A DNA stretch of 64,000 nucleotides from Phycisphaerae bacterium (GTDB lineage Bacteria; Planctomycetota; Phycisphaerae; JAAYCJ01), in the NCBI GenBank assembly GCA_041658725.1, contig JBAZZQ010000008.1, positions 18,070-82,069 on the forward strand, read 5' to 3'. Every line of letters starts with the position of its first letter. Within the stretch, counting starts at the first letter, position 1. Positions 1-9,732 of the stretch are shown here, piece by piece. The translations under genes and the position numbers were made by a program. Below the pieces are notes generated by a model that had not been told where the DNA came from, made no database searches, and saw only the letters and a list, made by a program, of their open reading frames with translations.

Positions 1-176
1 GCCAGTAGCGTCTGGTCGACACGGGTGACGGATCGGACGAGCAGGATATCGGCGTCTTTTAAAAGAGCCGAGGTGATCGCCCTGCCGCCGACCAGTTCGA
101 TTTTTCCCAACTGACCGAACGCTTCGCGGACATACGGAATATTTTCATCGGCGACGATTTTTACTGATCCGATCAT
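1..176 (-). CDS. N-terminal part of a D-isomer-specific 2-hydroxyacid dehydrogenase (PdxB/erythronate-4-phosphate dehydrogenase-like). The gene continues beyond the window edge.
   Basis: The reverse-strand translation from the ATG at 174-176 reads MIGSVKIVADENIPYVREAFGQLGKIELVGGRAI... This resembles the PdxB/SerA N-terminus (MKILVDENMPY...). Only about 58 aa are visible. Confidence 0.45.
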   Translation of the reverse strand, partial: MIGSVKIVADENIPYVREAFGQLGKIELVGGRAITSALLKDADILLVRSVTRVDQTLL

Positions 177-187
177 ATTGACCACCT

Positions 188-517
188 TTAACCGCTGCAG
201 ATCACTTCACCGTTTTGGGAATATTCCGCGACCAGGGACCTTTCGCTTTCATATTCGGCGGGGGTCAACGTAATAATATCGAGGGGTATCATAAATTTTT
301 TTATCGTTCTGATTTCAGGTTCCTTAATAAGTGCCACCCGTTTAAAGATATCTTTACCTCGAAAATCATCCGAAATCACGACCATATCAATGTCGCTGTC
401 TACCATAGCGGTTTTATTCGCCTGAGACCCGAAAAGAATAATTTTGGAATGTATCCCTTTTTCTTTGAGGCACTGCTCAAAGTATTTGATTATTTTTCTA
501 ACCTCGCGTTGAGCCAT
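188..517 (-). CDS. Nucleotidyltransferase (MNT-type, antitoxin partner of HEPN)
   Basis: GS-x9-DxD motif (LFGSQANKTAMVDSDIDMVV) typical of minimal nucleotidyltransferases. It overlaps the upstream HEPN gene by 28 bp on the same strand. Confidence 0.75.
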   Translation of the reverse strand: MAQREVRKIIKYFEQCLKEKGIHSKIILFGSQANKTAMVDSDIDMVVISDDFRGKDIFKRVALIKEPEIRTIKKFMIPLDIITLTPAEYESERSLVAEYSQNGEVICSG

Positions 518-876
518 CGTAAAACCTCCTTGCTCTTCTTTAGGACGCGAATTGTCTTTGCCTTATCAAAACTTTTCAATAATTGTTTCAAATCATCCGG
601 GTATCGTGTCGGAACGCTTACTCCATTTAGAGTATACACAAAATCATAAAGATCGTCAGGCAATTTAATTCCGATTTTTTCGACGAGAAAAATCAGATTA
701 TGCGTTTTAGGCGGTGTATCCTTTAACTTTTGGACATACATTCCTTTTAATGCCTTTTCGATGGATAAGTGACACATGAAAACCGAGTAAAAGAATCTAC
801 CGCCATCGAACATGTATTCTGCCGTATCCATATCATATTCTGCTTGCTCCAACCATTCTTTCGGTTTTTTATCCAT
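490..876 (-). CDS. HEPN domain protein (toxin partner of MNT)
   Basis: HEPN-like helix CHLSIEKALKG and an R-containing motif. The size (128 aa) and the operonic overlap with the MNT gene fit the HEPN/MNT TA architecture. Confidence 0.7.
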   Translation of the reverse strand: MDKKPKEWLEQAEYDMDTAEYMFDGGRFFYSVFMCHLSIEKALKGMYVQKLKDTPPKTHNLIFLVEKIGIKLPDDLYDFVYTLNGVSVPTRYPDDLKQLLKSFDKAKTIRVLKKSKEVLRWLNARLEK

Positions 877-892
877 GCTGACATCCTCGATT

Positions 893-3706
893 CTATTCCA
901 ACGTAATCACTTCGTTTACCAGCCGGTTGCCGCGTACTTCGCGGAAACCGACCCGGATGGTTTTTCCGAACATTTGCTTCCAGGGGCCAAGGGAATATTC
1001 CTTGACCGCCGTCTGACCCGGACCCAATCGCCGAATCTGTCGTTCCATCCTCGGCTTATCCGGGCAGATCATAAAGGCGATCAGGTCCGTCCAGGTCGTT
1101 CCGTTATTCAGAACCTCCTGGCAAACCACCAGTTCCTCGCCGCGGAGGAACCACAGCACTCGCATATCGAGATCGCAAGCGCCCAGATACAGAGGCAGGG
1201 TTAAATTTAACGTGATCGGTTTTCTGGCTTCAAGCTCAAATTTTAAATTAATCGATTTTTGACCGACAGATTCATTGCCGGGATATCGAATTTTAGTCGG
1301 TAGCGTAAATTCTTTTCCCGCGGGAAGGGCGAATCGGGTTCCCGATGGGTCAAACTGCCAAAACGCTGGACCTTGCATGCGGACCATACCGCTGATGCCT
1401 TGCGAGAAGGTATTTTTAAAAAGGAGTTTGGCCTGATGGGTTCCGAATTTGCTGGAAATCGTCGAAGGATCGAATTGGATGGCGGCGACGAATTTGGCCA
1501 ACTCGCTGTCAATGCCGTCGATGAAAACGATTGGCCGGTAGGGAATTTCCAAGCCCTTGAGACCCGTTCGGATGGGAAGTTCCCTACCCCACAGATCGTA
1601 GGCTCTGGGTTGCTCACCCAGGCAAACGATACCTTGATAATCCATTTTGCGCCCGTCCGCTAAGACCAAAACTGCCCGTTCGGAAGAGCAAAAGAGCAGT
1701 CCGCTTCGCTCGGCGTCGATCTGCATTTTTCCCAGATAATCGAGTCCGCCCAGGCGATCTACCAAATTCGAGTACGCGACAAAATAGGCATTGGGTTCAT
1801 ACCCGCCCGGAGCGATGGGGCTGGAAGTAGTCCACAAATCCCGTGTCGCCATCAGCCGGACTCGGTTGCATTTTGCTTGAATGAACCGGTTTACAAAATC
1901 TACCATCGCCGGTTGGAGCTGGTATTCATTTAAGTCCTGCCCTCCAAGCACAACCCAAAGATTCTCCCGGACCTGCTGCCAGGGTTTGAAATAATCCTTG
2001 AAACTACCCGGAACAAGCTCCGGAGGAATCTGCATGAAGAAACCGTCTCCCGGCGTGTCTTTGGGGTTGGCAACCAAGCTTGGCCAGGAGGTGATGAGGG
2101 TAAATTGCCCCTGAAACTGGGTGAATTCTTTCTTCAGGTTTTTTAACACGCCGTTGATCCTGCTGTCCGGGGCGTGCCATCCGTCGGAGGGTTTTCCGAA
2201 GACCCAATGATCGATTCGGTCGGCATGGCGTGATAAGACGATGGAAAGTTCCGGCAGCCACCACTGCGATTTTCCGGCAAAAAAATCCCAGATGTTGGGA
2301 TTGATAATATTAGTTCGCTCGACCAGCTCTTCCGGAACGTCCATAAGCGCTCCGATTATGGAAATGCCTTTGTGATTGATAGCCAGGATCATCTGGTCGG
2401 CCGGTGATGGTTCCGCGCTGGTTCGCGAGACGATCAAGTCCTTCCGCCAGATGGGAAGGACAATCCATGCGGGTTTTAGTTTTTCCGCGAAATCCGCGAT
2501 AATCCTGGGTTGCCCGATGGGTAGCTCGGATATATCCAGACCAAAATCGGAGATTTCGGTGACGGTCTTTTTCGGCTGAAGAACGGCGATTTTGACATTT
2601 TTGTCGATAATTATTTCCGAATCAGAAAGAACCTGAAGGGAGACTTTATATAATCCCGGCTGAAGATGCCCCATGTTGTGTGTGACCAGTCGCGGGTCGG
2701 GGGCCTGTCCGCGAAGAATCGCTTCCAGGGGAGGTAAAACCGCGACGGGATGTTCAATGGTTCGGGCCCGGCCGGACGCCAAATCGTCCAGGATGATACG
2801 TGCGGAAAGATCGTCGATTTTGGAATCGGCGACAGCGGCTGCGATGACCATGTCTTCGCTGCTATTGTACAGCGTGGTATTTTTAACCAAGCCGAATCGA
2901 GCCTTTGGCAGGCGAAGGACAGTGATCTGGTCCACCCAGAGGGCGGCGTCGATATCCTTTCGATAGGATTTGACCGGTGAGGAAAAAAGACGCGGTAATT
3001 GATCCTGCTGGACGAGGAAGATTCCTATTCCGATGAATCGGCCTTCGGAGTTGGTATAGGGTAGTTCCATTGTAACGGTCTGCCATTCGGGGTCTCCAGG
3101 ATCAGCCGGAGCGATCAACGCGCTGTAGACGATGGTTTCCGGAAGAAGTTTTCCGAAGCGATCCATGTAAAACGCCTGTAAGTATCCTCGTGCGTGACGA
3201 AGGTTTTGCGTTTTAACGCAGGCCAGGATTTTATGGTCGCTTCCCGGAAACGCGGGGATAAGGCGTTCAGAAAAGACATAGCCGATGTTTCCCCCGTTGA
3301 GCTGAAATTTAAAACTGGGTTTTGGGTTGCCGACCGCGTCGTCTATTTTACCATTGACGTAATGAGGAAAACCGCTTAACGTCACTTTGTCCCAATTCAT
3401 GGGCAAGTCTTCAAGGTTTCCCAGGTGTTTTTCGTCAAAATCAAAGATTTTGACCACCCGCCTGGCAAAGGCGGCTGAAGTGGTGGTCGTCGGACGGGTT
3501 GTCGCCGACAGGCCTGGGATCGGCTCGGCGACCAGTAAAAACAGGATCGACACCACCGCTGCAAACATTTGCGTTATCGGTGGGCGGCATGGCCACGTAA
3601 GAACGAGGCCATGCCACACGGACCGACATATTTTACTTGGAGTAAACATGTAGATTTTATCGGCACTAATTGATATCGGGCTTGACGAAGGAAGATGGTG
3701 TTGCAA
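893..3706 (-). CDS. Large secreted or membrane-anchored hypothetical protein (up to 937 aa; the real start is probably at internal Met codons near 3649 or 3568).
   Basis: Long uninterrupted ORF with coding-like composition. A hydrophobic N-terminal segment MFAAVVSILFLLVAEPIPG is followed by a Thr-rich linker. I recognise no catalytic motif. Confidence 0.6.
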   Translation of the reverse strand: MQHHLPSSSPISISADKIYMFTPSKICRSVWHGLVLTWPCRPPITQMFAAVVSILFLLVAEPIPGLSATTRPTTTTSAAFARRVVKIFDFDEKHLGNLEDLPMNWDKVTLSGFPHYVNGKIDDAVGNPKPSFKFQLNGGNIGYVFSERLIPAFPGSDHKILACVKTQNLRHARGYLQAFYMDRFGKLLPETIVYSALIAPADPGDPEWQTVTMELPYTNSEGRFIGIGIFLVQQDQLPRLFSSPVKSYRKDIDAALWVDQITVLRLPKARFGLVKNTTLYNSSEDMVIAAAVADSKIDDLSARIILDDLASGRARTIEHPVAVLPPLEAILRGQAPDPRLVTHNMGHLQPGLYKVSLQVLSDSEIIIDKNVKIAVLQPKKTVTEISDFGLDISELPIGQPRIIADFAEKLKPAWIVLPIWRKDLIVSRTSAEPSPADQMILAINHKGISIIGALMDVPEELVERTNIINPNIWDFFAGKSQWWLPELSIVLSRHADRIDHWVFGKPSDGWHAPDSRINGVLKNLKKEFTQFQGQFTLITSWPSLVANPKDTPGDGFFMQIPPELVPGSFKDYFKPWQQVRENLWVVLGGQDLNEYQLQPAMVDFVNRFIQAKCNRVRLMATRDLWTTSSPIAPGGYEPNAYFVAYSNLVDRLGGLDYLGKMQIDAERSGLLFCSSERAVLVLADGRKMDYQGIVCLGEQPRAYDLWGRELPIRTGLKGLEIPYRPIVFIDGIDSELAKFVAAIQFDPSTISSKFGTHQAKLLFKNTFSQGISGMVRMQGPAFWQFDPSGTRFALPAGKEFTLPTKIRYPGNESVGQKSINLKFELEARKPITLNLTLPLYLGACDLDMRVLWFLRGEELVVCQEVLNNGTTWTDLIAFMICPDKPRMERQIRRLGPGQTAVKEYSLGPWKQMFGKTIRVGFREVRGNRLVNEVITLE

Positions 3707-4668
3707 TATTAGAAGCTAGTATGATTGAAAAAACGGAAAAAATAGACGAAATCGAACAGCCGGAGGTAAAAAAGTTGGAAATATCTTTATTTACCCGTGT
3801 CAAGTACATGTTCGTGCGCGGCTCGCTGATGCTGGTTGTTAAATTAACCGGATTGAACGGTCTGTACAGGTTCGGTCAGTTTTTTGGGTATTGCGAGTTC
3901 CTCCTGCGATACAAAAAGCGGTTTCGGACCTATCAACGGATGGAAGTGGTCTTTGGGACCCCCTTGCCACTTTCCAGGAAACGAATGATCGTCCGCCGGT
4001 GGATGTGCCGCGTGCGATGCGATAAGATGATCTATACAATCATGGATATGATTGACCGAAAGGTTCTTTTGGACCGGGTGGAAATCTCCGGCAAACAGTA
4101 TATGGATCGGTCGATAGCCAACGGTCAGGGAACGTTTCTTATGTTCAGCCATTTTGGTTCCCATCACCTGGGCGGAATCCTCCTGACTCTTTTGGGGTTT
4201 CCGATTATCGGACTACGAGACCCCAACGAAAGCCCCCTCCGCCTGTATGTGCAGGAGCGGTTTGCGAAAAATTTTCCCGAATTCAGCGATTTGCAAATTA
4301 CCCCAAGCGATAGTTTCGCCCGCACGTTTTTCCATGCTTTTAAGAAAAACTTCATTGTGGCGGCGGCGATGGACGTTTGGAGGGATCGGGACCATGGCAG
4401 AACCGTAGAAGTTACCATTTTCGGAGAGCGGCGGGAATTTTTATCAGGTATGACCCATATCGCCCTAAGATCTCATGCCGCGATTTTAACCGGTATTATC
4501 CTGTCGCTGCCGGGGTATCGGTATCGGCTCATCCTCTATCCCTGGTTCAACGATCCAAATAAGGATCAGGATACCCCCGAAATCGTCCAAAGAGTGATGC
4601 AGCAGTATGCCCAAATGATTGAAGAACAGGCTAAAAAATACCCCTGCCATATCTCAAAGACAAATTAA
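3670..4668 (+). CDS. Lysophospholipid/lipid A acyltransferase (LpxL/HtrB-like LPLAT family)
   Basis: N-terminal TM helix. The FLMFSHFGSHHLGG region resembles the HxxxxD/HLGNWE acyltransferase box. The overall size matches Kdo2-lipid IVA acyltransferases. The start may lie at a downstream Met. Confidence 0.5.
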   Translation: MISGLTKEDGVAILEASMIEKTEKIDEIEQPEVKKLEISLFTRVKYMFVRGSLMLVVKLTGLNGLYRFGQFFGYCEFLLRYKKRFRTYQRMEVVFGTPLPLSRKRMIVRRWMCRVRCDKMIYTIMDMIDRKVLLDRVEISGKQYMDRSIANGQGTFLMFSHFGSHHLGGILLTLLGFPIIGLRDPNESPLRLYVQERFAKNFPEFSDLQITPSDSFARTFFHAFKKNFIVAAAMDVWRDRDHGRTVEVTIFGERREFLSGMTHIALRSHAAILTGIILSLPGYRYRLILYPWFNDPNKDQDTPEIVQRVMQQYAQMIEEQAKKYPCHISKTN

Positions 4669-4783
4669 TCCCCCCAAAATTATTAATAAATTCATATATT
4701 ACACTCCCAAAGCTAAAGAGCGTTTTCCTTCGGCTCGATATAACGCATGTGCGGTAAACTTTTAAGGGTCCAAAGGGAGTGTC

Positions 4784-7700
4784 ATGACATTACGAAAAAA
4801 AACGCTAACGATCATAAGCCTGACCATGCTTTGCTTGATGGTGGTTTTGTTTGCCATTTCCAAGACTATCGTGTTGAACGGTTTCGGTAAAATCGAGCAT
4901 AATAACATAAAGAATGACACGGAGCGGGTGTTAAAGGCTTATGCTGGGACTTTGGCGGAAATAAACTCAAAATCCGCGGACTGGGCCGTGTGGGACGATT
5001 CGTATGCGTTTATTCAGAACGGGAATGCGGATTTTATCAAGTCGAATTTAGGAGACAGCGTTTTTACCGACCTCAGGCTTAATGTCATAATGTTTATCAA
5101 TTCCGCCAATCAAGTTGTTTATGCCAAGGGATTTGATCTGAGGCAGCAAAAAGAAGTCCCCATTTTGGAACGGGTAAAGAAAATTAATTTTCTGGATGAC
5201 GTGCTGGTCCGACATACCCGGTTCGACTATAGTCATTGTGGGCTGGTGTCGCTTCCGGAAGGCCCTTTACTTCTGGCCTCTCGGCCCATATTAACCAGTA
5301 AGCGCACGGGACCAATTCGTGGGACTTTGATTTTCGGCCGTTTCCTGGATGACCTGGAAATCAGACGTTTGGCGGAGTTGACAAAATTTTCCATCCGGTT
5401 TTATCACTATGCGAAACAACCGATTTCGTCCGACCTTAAGGAAATCGTGGCGACCTTGTCAGGTAAACAATCCATCCTGATTAAACCACAAAACGCAAAC
5501 GTAATATCGGGATATGCCCTGCTGAAAGATGTCTATGGCAAGCCATGTCTTTTACTTCGGGTGGATACACCCAGAGACATCTACAATCGCGGACAAGCGA
5601 CAGTGGCTTATTTCAGCATTTTCCTTTTGGCGGCGGGATTAATTTTTGGTTTGGTGACGATTTTTCTTCTGGAGAGATCTGTCTTATCGCGATTGTCTTA
5701 TTTGTGTTCGAGCATGTTGCGTATCGGGATTCAAGGCCGTCTGTCCGAACGCCTCGTGATCAGTGGAAGGGATGAATTATCGGATTTGGCCAGTTCCGCC
5801 AATAAGATGCTTTCCACCCTGGAGCAATCTCAGAATGAGGTCTTGAACACGCAAACCAAGCTTTTAGAAAGCCGGCAGGTGATTTCTACCCTGTTGGGAA
5901 ATTTACCGGGGATCGCGTTTCGGTGTCAACACGATAAATATCGGAACATGGAATATCTCAGCGATGGGTGCTTGAATTTGACGGGATATTCAATTTCGGA
6001 CTTGATCGGCAACTCGAAAATATCCTACGCGGAGCTTATCCATCCGGAGGACCAGGAATATGTGTGGAACGAGGTGCAGCTTGCCATTAAGGAACATCGC
6101 GCCTACCAGGTTGATTACCGGATTCAGACGGCTGGCGGAGAAGTCAAATGGGTTCGCGAGTATGGCAGGGGAATCTATTCTCCCCAGGGTGAATTACTGA
6201 CATTGGAAGGATTCATCGGTGATACCAACGACAGTAAATTGGCGGAAGAAGCCATTATGACTTCGGAGGCTAATTACCGGGCGATTTTTGACGCGTTCAA
6301 TGATGTCATCATCGTTCACGATTTACAGACCGGCCAAATCGTCGACGTGAACCAAAGGGTATCCGAAATGTACGGATACCAGGCAAATGAACTTCGCGGG
6401 GTCAGTCTTGATCAATTGATCCCTCAAGGTAATCCGCCCTATACGATACATTGCGCAATGGAAAAGATACAAAAAGCAGCCCAGGGCGAGCCGCAGTTGT
6501 TTGAATGGAAGGCCATTCAAAAATCCAGGCGACAATTTTGGGTTGAGGTCAGCCTGAAATGCGCGGTGATCGGGGGGAAGGCTCGAGTGCTGGCCGTGGT
6601 ACGGGATATTGACCAGCGAAAACAAGTCGAAGCGGCCTTTCGGGAATCCGAACGCCGGTTCAAGGCAATTCTTGATAATGTCAAATTGGTGGCAGTCATG
6701 GTGGATGATTCCTGTCAGATTACATACGCCAACGACTTTTTGCTCAAATTGACCGACTGGAAGCGGCAAGAGGTGATAGGAAAGAACTGGTTTGATCATT
6801 TTATTCCTTTGGAAATCCGTGATAAAATCAGACATTTGTTCCTGGATAACCTGACAACCGGCGATATTCCATTTCATTACGAAAATGACATTATTACCCG
6901 TAGCGGCCAGACCAAAACGATCTCCTGGAATAATACCCTTTTGCGTAATACGCAGGGGAGCATCATCGGCACCACCTCGATCGGGGAAGATATCACTGAT
7001 CGCAAACGGGCCGAGGAAGCTATGCGCAAAGCCAAAGAGCTCGCGGAATCCGCCAATCAGACCAAGAGCGCCTTTCTGGCCAACATGTCGCATGAAATTC
7101 GCACCCCTATGAACGGGATCATCGGAATGACGGAACTGACGCTGGATACCCAACTTTCGACGGAACAGCGGGAATACCTGGACATGGTCAAAACCTCCGC
7201 CGATTCCCTGCTGACTATTTTGAACGATATCCTGGATTTTTCCAAGATCGAGGCGGGCAAACTCGATTTGATTCCGATAGATTTTAATTTGAAGGACAGT
7301 TTATGTGAGACCTTAAGCACCCTCAGTTTGCGGGCCTGCGCCAAGGGCCTGGAGCTGGTCTGTCATGTTCTGCCCGATGTTCCCGATAGTCTGGTGGGCG
7401 ATCCGGGCCGATTGAGGCAAATCATCGTCAATCTGGTCGGCAACGCGATTAAATTTACCGAACAGGGAGAAATCGTCGTCCGGGCCGAACTGGAATCCCA
7501 AACCGAAAACGATACTCTCCTGCACTTTTCCATCAGGGACACCGGCATCGGTATTTCGCAGGAAAAGCAGGATATTATCTTCGATGCCTTCACTCAGGTC
7601 GATAATTCGTCCACTCGAAAATATGTCGGGACCGGATTGGGATTGGCGATATCGAGACAACTGGTGCAATTAATGGGCGGCCGGATTTGGGTGGAAAGCG

Positions 7701-8632
7701 AGATCGGCGTGGGCAGCACGTTCCACTTCACCGCCCGATACGGTTTCCAGAAAAATCCTTCCATAACACCCATGCCCGTGGATATGGAAAAGCTGAAGGG
7801 TTTACCCATTCTGATTGTGGATGACAACCAAACCAATTGTATGATTTTGGAAGAATTGCTGGAAAAATGGCAGATGAAGCCGACCACGGTCCTTAGCGGT
7901 TCGGAAGCCCTTGCCATTATGAATCAGGCCGGGGAGAAAGGCGATTCTTTCCCGCTGATCCTGCTCGATGCCAATATGCCCGAGATGGATGGATTCGCTT
8001 TGGCCCAGATAATCAAAGACGATCCTGGTCTGAAAGGCACGCTCATAATAATGCTTTCGTCCACCGGTCGGAGAGGAGACGCGGCTCGATGCGAACATCG
8101 TGGCATTGCCGCGTATCTGACCAAGCCGTTCAAGTCCTCGGACCTTCTGGATGCAATTACGGTCACTTTGGATATGTCCATCCTTCCAAAAGAACAAAAT
8201 AAACTTGTGACTCGCCACCTGCTCCGCGAGGCCCGCAGGCATTTACGAATCCTTCTCGTGGAGGATAATCCCGTCAACCAGAAACTCACGACGCGCATGC
8301 TGGAAAAATGGGACCATAGCGTCATCGTCGCCAACAACGGTAAAGAGGCCATCGATCTTTTGGAAAAAGAAAAAGTCGATCTTGTCCTCATGGACGTTCA
8401 AATGCCTGAAATGGGCGGATATGAAGCCACCTCCGTCATTCGGCAGCGGGAAAAAACGACGGGCAGACACGTCCCGATCATCGCCATGACCGCCCACGCC
8501 ATGAATACCGATCGCCAGAAATCCCTCGACGTTGGCATGGACGATTACGTCTCCAAACCCATCCAGAAAGATGTCCTATTCGATATCATCGAAAAGTTGG
8601 TTTCCCAAAACCCCGCCGATTGCGAAGTTTGA
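4784..8632 (+). CDS. Hybrid sensor histidine kinase with a periplasmic sensor, PAS domains, HisKA, HATPase_c and two receiver domains.
   Basis: Two TM helices flank a periplasmic region of about 240 aa. There are multiple PAS repeats. The H-box is SHEIRTPMNGI. The HATPase carries G-boxes (DTGIGI, GTGLGLAI). Two REC domains each have DD...D...K signatures. RBS aagggag. Confidence 0.9.
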   Translation: MTLRKKTLTIISLTMLCLMVVLFAISKTIVLNGFGKIEHNNIKNDTERVLKAYAGTLAEINSKSADWAVWDDSYAFIQNGNADFIKSNLGDSVFTDLRLNVIMFINSANQVVYAKGFDLRQQKEVPILERVKKINFLDDVLVRHTRFDYSHCGLVSLPEGPLLLASRPILTSKRTGPIRGTLIFGRFLDDLEIRRLAELTKFSIRFYHYAKQPISSDLKEIVATLSGKQSILIKPQNANVISGYALLKDVYGKPCLLLRVDTPRDIYNRGQATVAYFSIFLLAAGLIFGLVTIFLLERSVLSRLSYLCSSMLRIGIQGRLSERLVISGRDELSDLASSANKMLSTLEQSQNEVLNTQTKLLESRQVISTLLGNLPGIAFRCQHDKYRNMEYLSDGCLNLTGYSISDLIGNSKISYAELIHPEDQEYVWNEVQLAIKEHRAYQVDYRIQTAGGEVKWVREYGRGIYSPQGELLTLEGFIGDTNDSKLAEEAIMTSEANYRAIFDAFNDVIIVHDLQTGQIVDVNQRVSEMYGYQANELRGVSLDQLIPQGNPPYTIHCAMEKIQKAAQGEPQLFEWKAIQKSRRQFWVEVSLKCAVIGGKARVLAVVRDIDQRKQVEAAFRESERRFKAILDNVKLVAVMVDDSCQITYANDFLLKLTDWKRQEVIGKNWFDHFIPLEIRDKIRHLFLDNLTTGDIPFHYENDIITRSGQTKTISWNNTLLRNTQGSIIGTTSIGEDITDRKRAEEAMRKAKELAESANQTKSAFLANMSHEIRTPMNGIIGMTELTLDTQLSTEQREYLDMVKTSADSLLTILNDILDFSKIEAGKLDLIPIDFNLKDSLCETLSTLSLRACAKGLELVCHVLPDVPDSLVGDPGRLRQIIVNLVGNAIKFTEQGEIVVRAELESQTENDTLLHFSIRDTGIGISQEKQDIIFDAFTQVDNSSTRKYVGTGLGLAISRQLVQLMGGRIWVESEIGVGSTFHFTARYGFQKNPSITPMPVDMEKLKGLPILIVDDNQTNCMILEELLEKWQMKPTTVLSGSEALAIMNQAGEKGDSFPLILLDANMPEMDGFALAQIIKDDPGLKGTLIIMLSSTGRRGDAARCEHRGIAAYLTKPFKSSDLLDAITVTLDMSILPKEQNKLVTRHLLREARRHLRILLVEDNPVNQKLTTRMLEKWDHSVIVANNGKEAIDLLEKEKVDLVLMDVQMPEMGGYEATSVIRQREKTTGRHVPIIAMTAHAMNTDRQKSLDVGMDDYVSKPIQKDVLFDIIEKLVSQNPADCEV

Positions 8633-8650
8633 TACCTTGCCGTACCATCT

Positions 8651-8863
8651 CTATTTTCCCGATCTCTCAAAAGCCTTTGCCGCCAGCTCAGCTTTTGCCG
8701 TGTCCGGCTCATACGAGTATGGACATTCAGGCAAACACCCCTCCCCCGCATCACAAAAGCCTTCGACCAGATTGACGCATTGATACCCATGCTTCGTCCG
8801 AGCCCTGTGCGGACACTGATAATGACCACATATCCCCGTTTGTTTTCTCTTTGTGCAGACCAT
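8651..8863 (-). CDS. Small cysteine-rich protein (70 aa, 7 Cys). It may bind metal.
   Basis: Strong SD (GAGAGGAGGG) 7 nt upstream of the ATG. Cysteine pattern is C-x8-C-x4-C-x11-C-x7-C-x5-C-x3-C. No family could be assigned. Confidence 0.45.
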   Translation of the reverse strand: MVCTKRKQTGICGHYQCPHRARTKHGYQCVNLVEGFCDAGEGCLPECPYSYEPDTAKAELAAKAFERSGK

Positions 8864-9062
8864 TCTTGATCCCTCCTCTCATTTGCCCACATCAGCAGTG
8901 GGTAATTCTAACGTCCCCGAAAAAAAACTTGGTAAAATGAAACAAAGCACCCTTAAATTTCTTCGTCAGATTCGGCAGCAAAAAGATAAAGGTATTTCGT
9001 CCCACTGGAAGCATCCTGTCCAATTATATTATACAATACAAAATACCAGCGATATGACACCT

Positions 9063-9188
9063 GATTAATTAATGCGCTCGGAGGCAAGTCGTCGATGCTC
9101 GTTTATGGTGGGTTGTCATGCTGATTTAGGCTTCAAAGCCGTTATTAACGCGGCGATGGATATTTGTCTCAGAGCGCATTAATTAATC
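9063..9188. repeat. 17-bp perfect inverted repeat (GATTAATTAATGCGCTC / GAGCGCATTAATTAATC) enclosing a 93-nt spacer. This is a candidate structured RNA or regulatory element.
   Basis: The arms at 9063-9079 and 9172-9188 are exact reverse complements. The element lies in the 540-bp divergent intergenic region. Confidence 0.5.
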
Positions 9189-9402
9189 ATGTGTCGTATA
9201 ATACCCGCAGTTCCCGTATTTCCATCACCATCCGGATTGACCGGATGATCCAGATTTGCCTTTTCGGCCACAAATAAAGGAAAAGACGCATGCAACGCGT
9301 CTCTACAAGTGATAAAGCCTGTGGCGAAAGATTGCGGGGGCTTAACACATCTGGAATTTTCCGGTATACTCTTTACCTTTATTACCGGTAAAGGCTCAAA
9401 AA

Positions 9403-9732
9403 ATGAAAACGGTTGTTTTGTTATTGGTTTCGAACGTGTTCATGACGGCGGCGTGGTATGGGCATCTTAAATTCAAAAACTCCGCCTTGTGGAAAGTAGT
9501 CCTGATCAGTTGGCTGATCGCGTTTGTGGAATATTGTTTCCAGGTTCCGGCGAATCGGATTGGGTCTTATCAGTTTAGCACGGCCCAGCTTAAAACGATG
9601 CAGGAAATTATCACGCTGGTCGTCTTTTGCGTTTTTTCCGTGTTGTACCTGAAAGAAGGGCTTCGGTGGAATTATCTGGTCGGATTTGGCTTGATCGCCG
9701 GAGCAGCATTTTTTGTGTTCAAAAAGTGGTAG
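9403..9732 (+). CDS. Small DMT-superfamily membrane protein (DUF486-like, 4 TM)
   Basis: 109 aa with four hydrophobic helices. The N-terminus MKTVVLLLVSNVFMTAAWYGHLKF is typical of the DUF486/DMT family. Confidence 0.55.
   Translation: MKTVVLLLVSNVFMTAAWYGHLKFKNSALWKVVLISWLIAFVEYCFQVPANRIGSYQFSTAQLKTMQEIITLVVFCVFSVLYLKEGLRWNYLVGFGLIAGAAFFVFKKW

Noticed and set aside
6323-7153. 276-aa ORF antisense to the hybrid histidine kinase. Similar antisense ORFs occur in dnaE (56647..57867, 58867..59958), phoH (40967..41872) and the oxidoreductases (16143..16775, 21379..22026).
   Set aside because: No RBS or recognisable domains. The sense strand encodes clearly identifiable proteins. These are open frames that arise by chance from codon bias.
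8545-8892. 115-aa ORF overlapping the kinase 3' end
   Set aside because: It overlaps the kinase CDS and has no SD. The co-located 70-aa Cys-rich frame with a strong SD is the better candidate.
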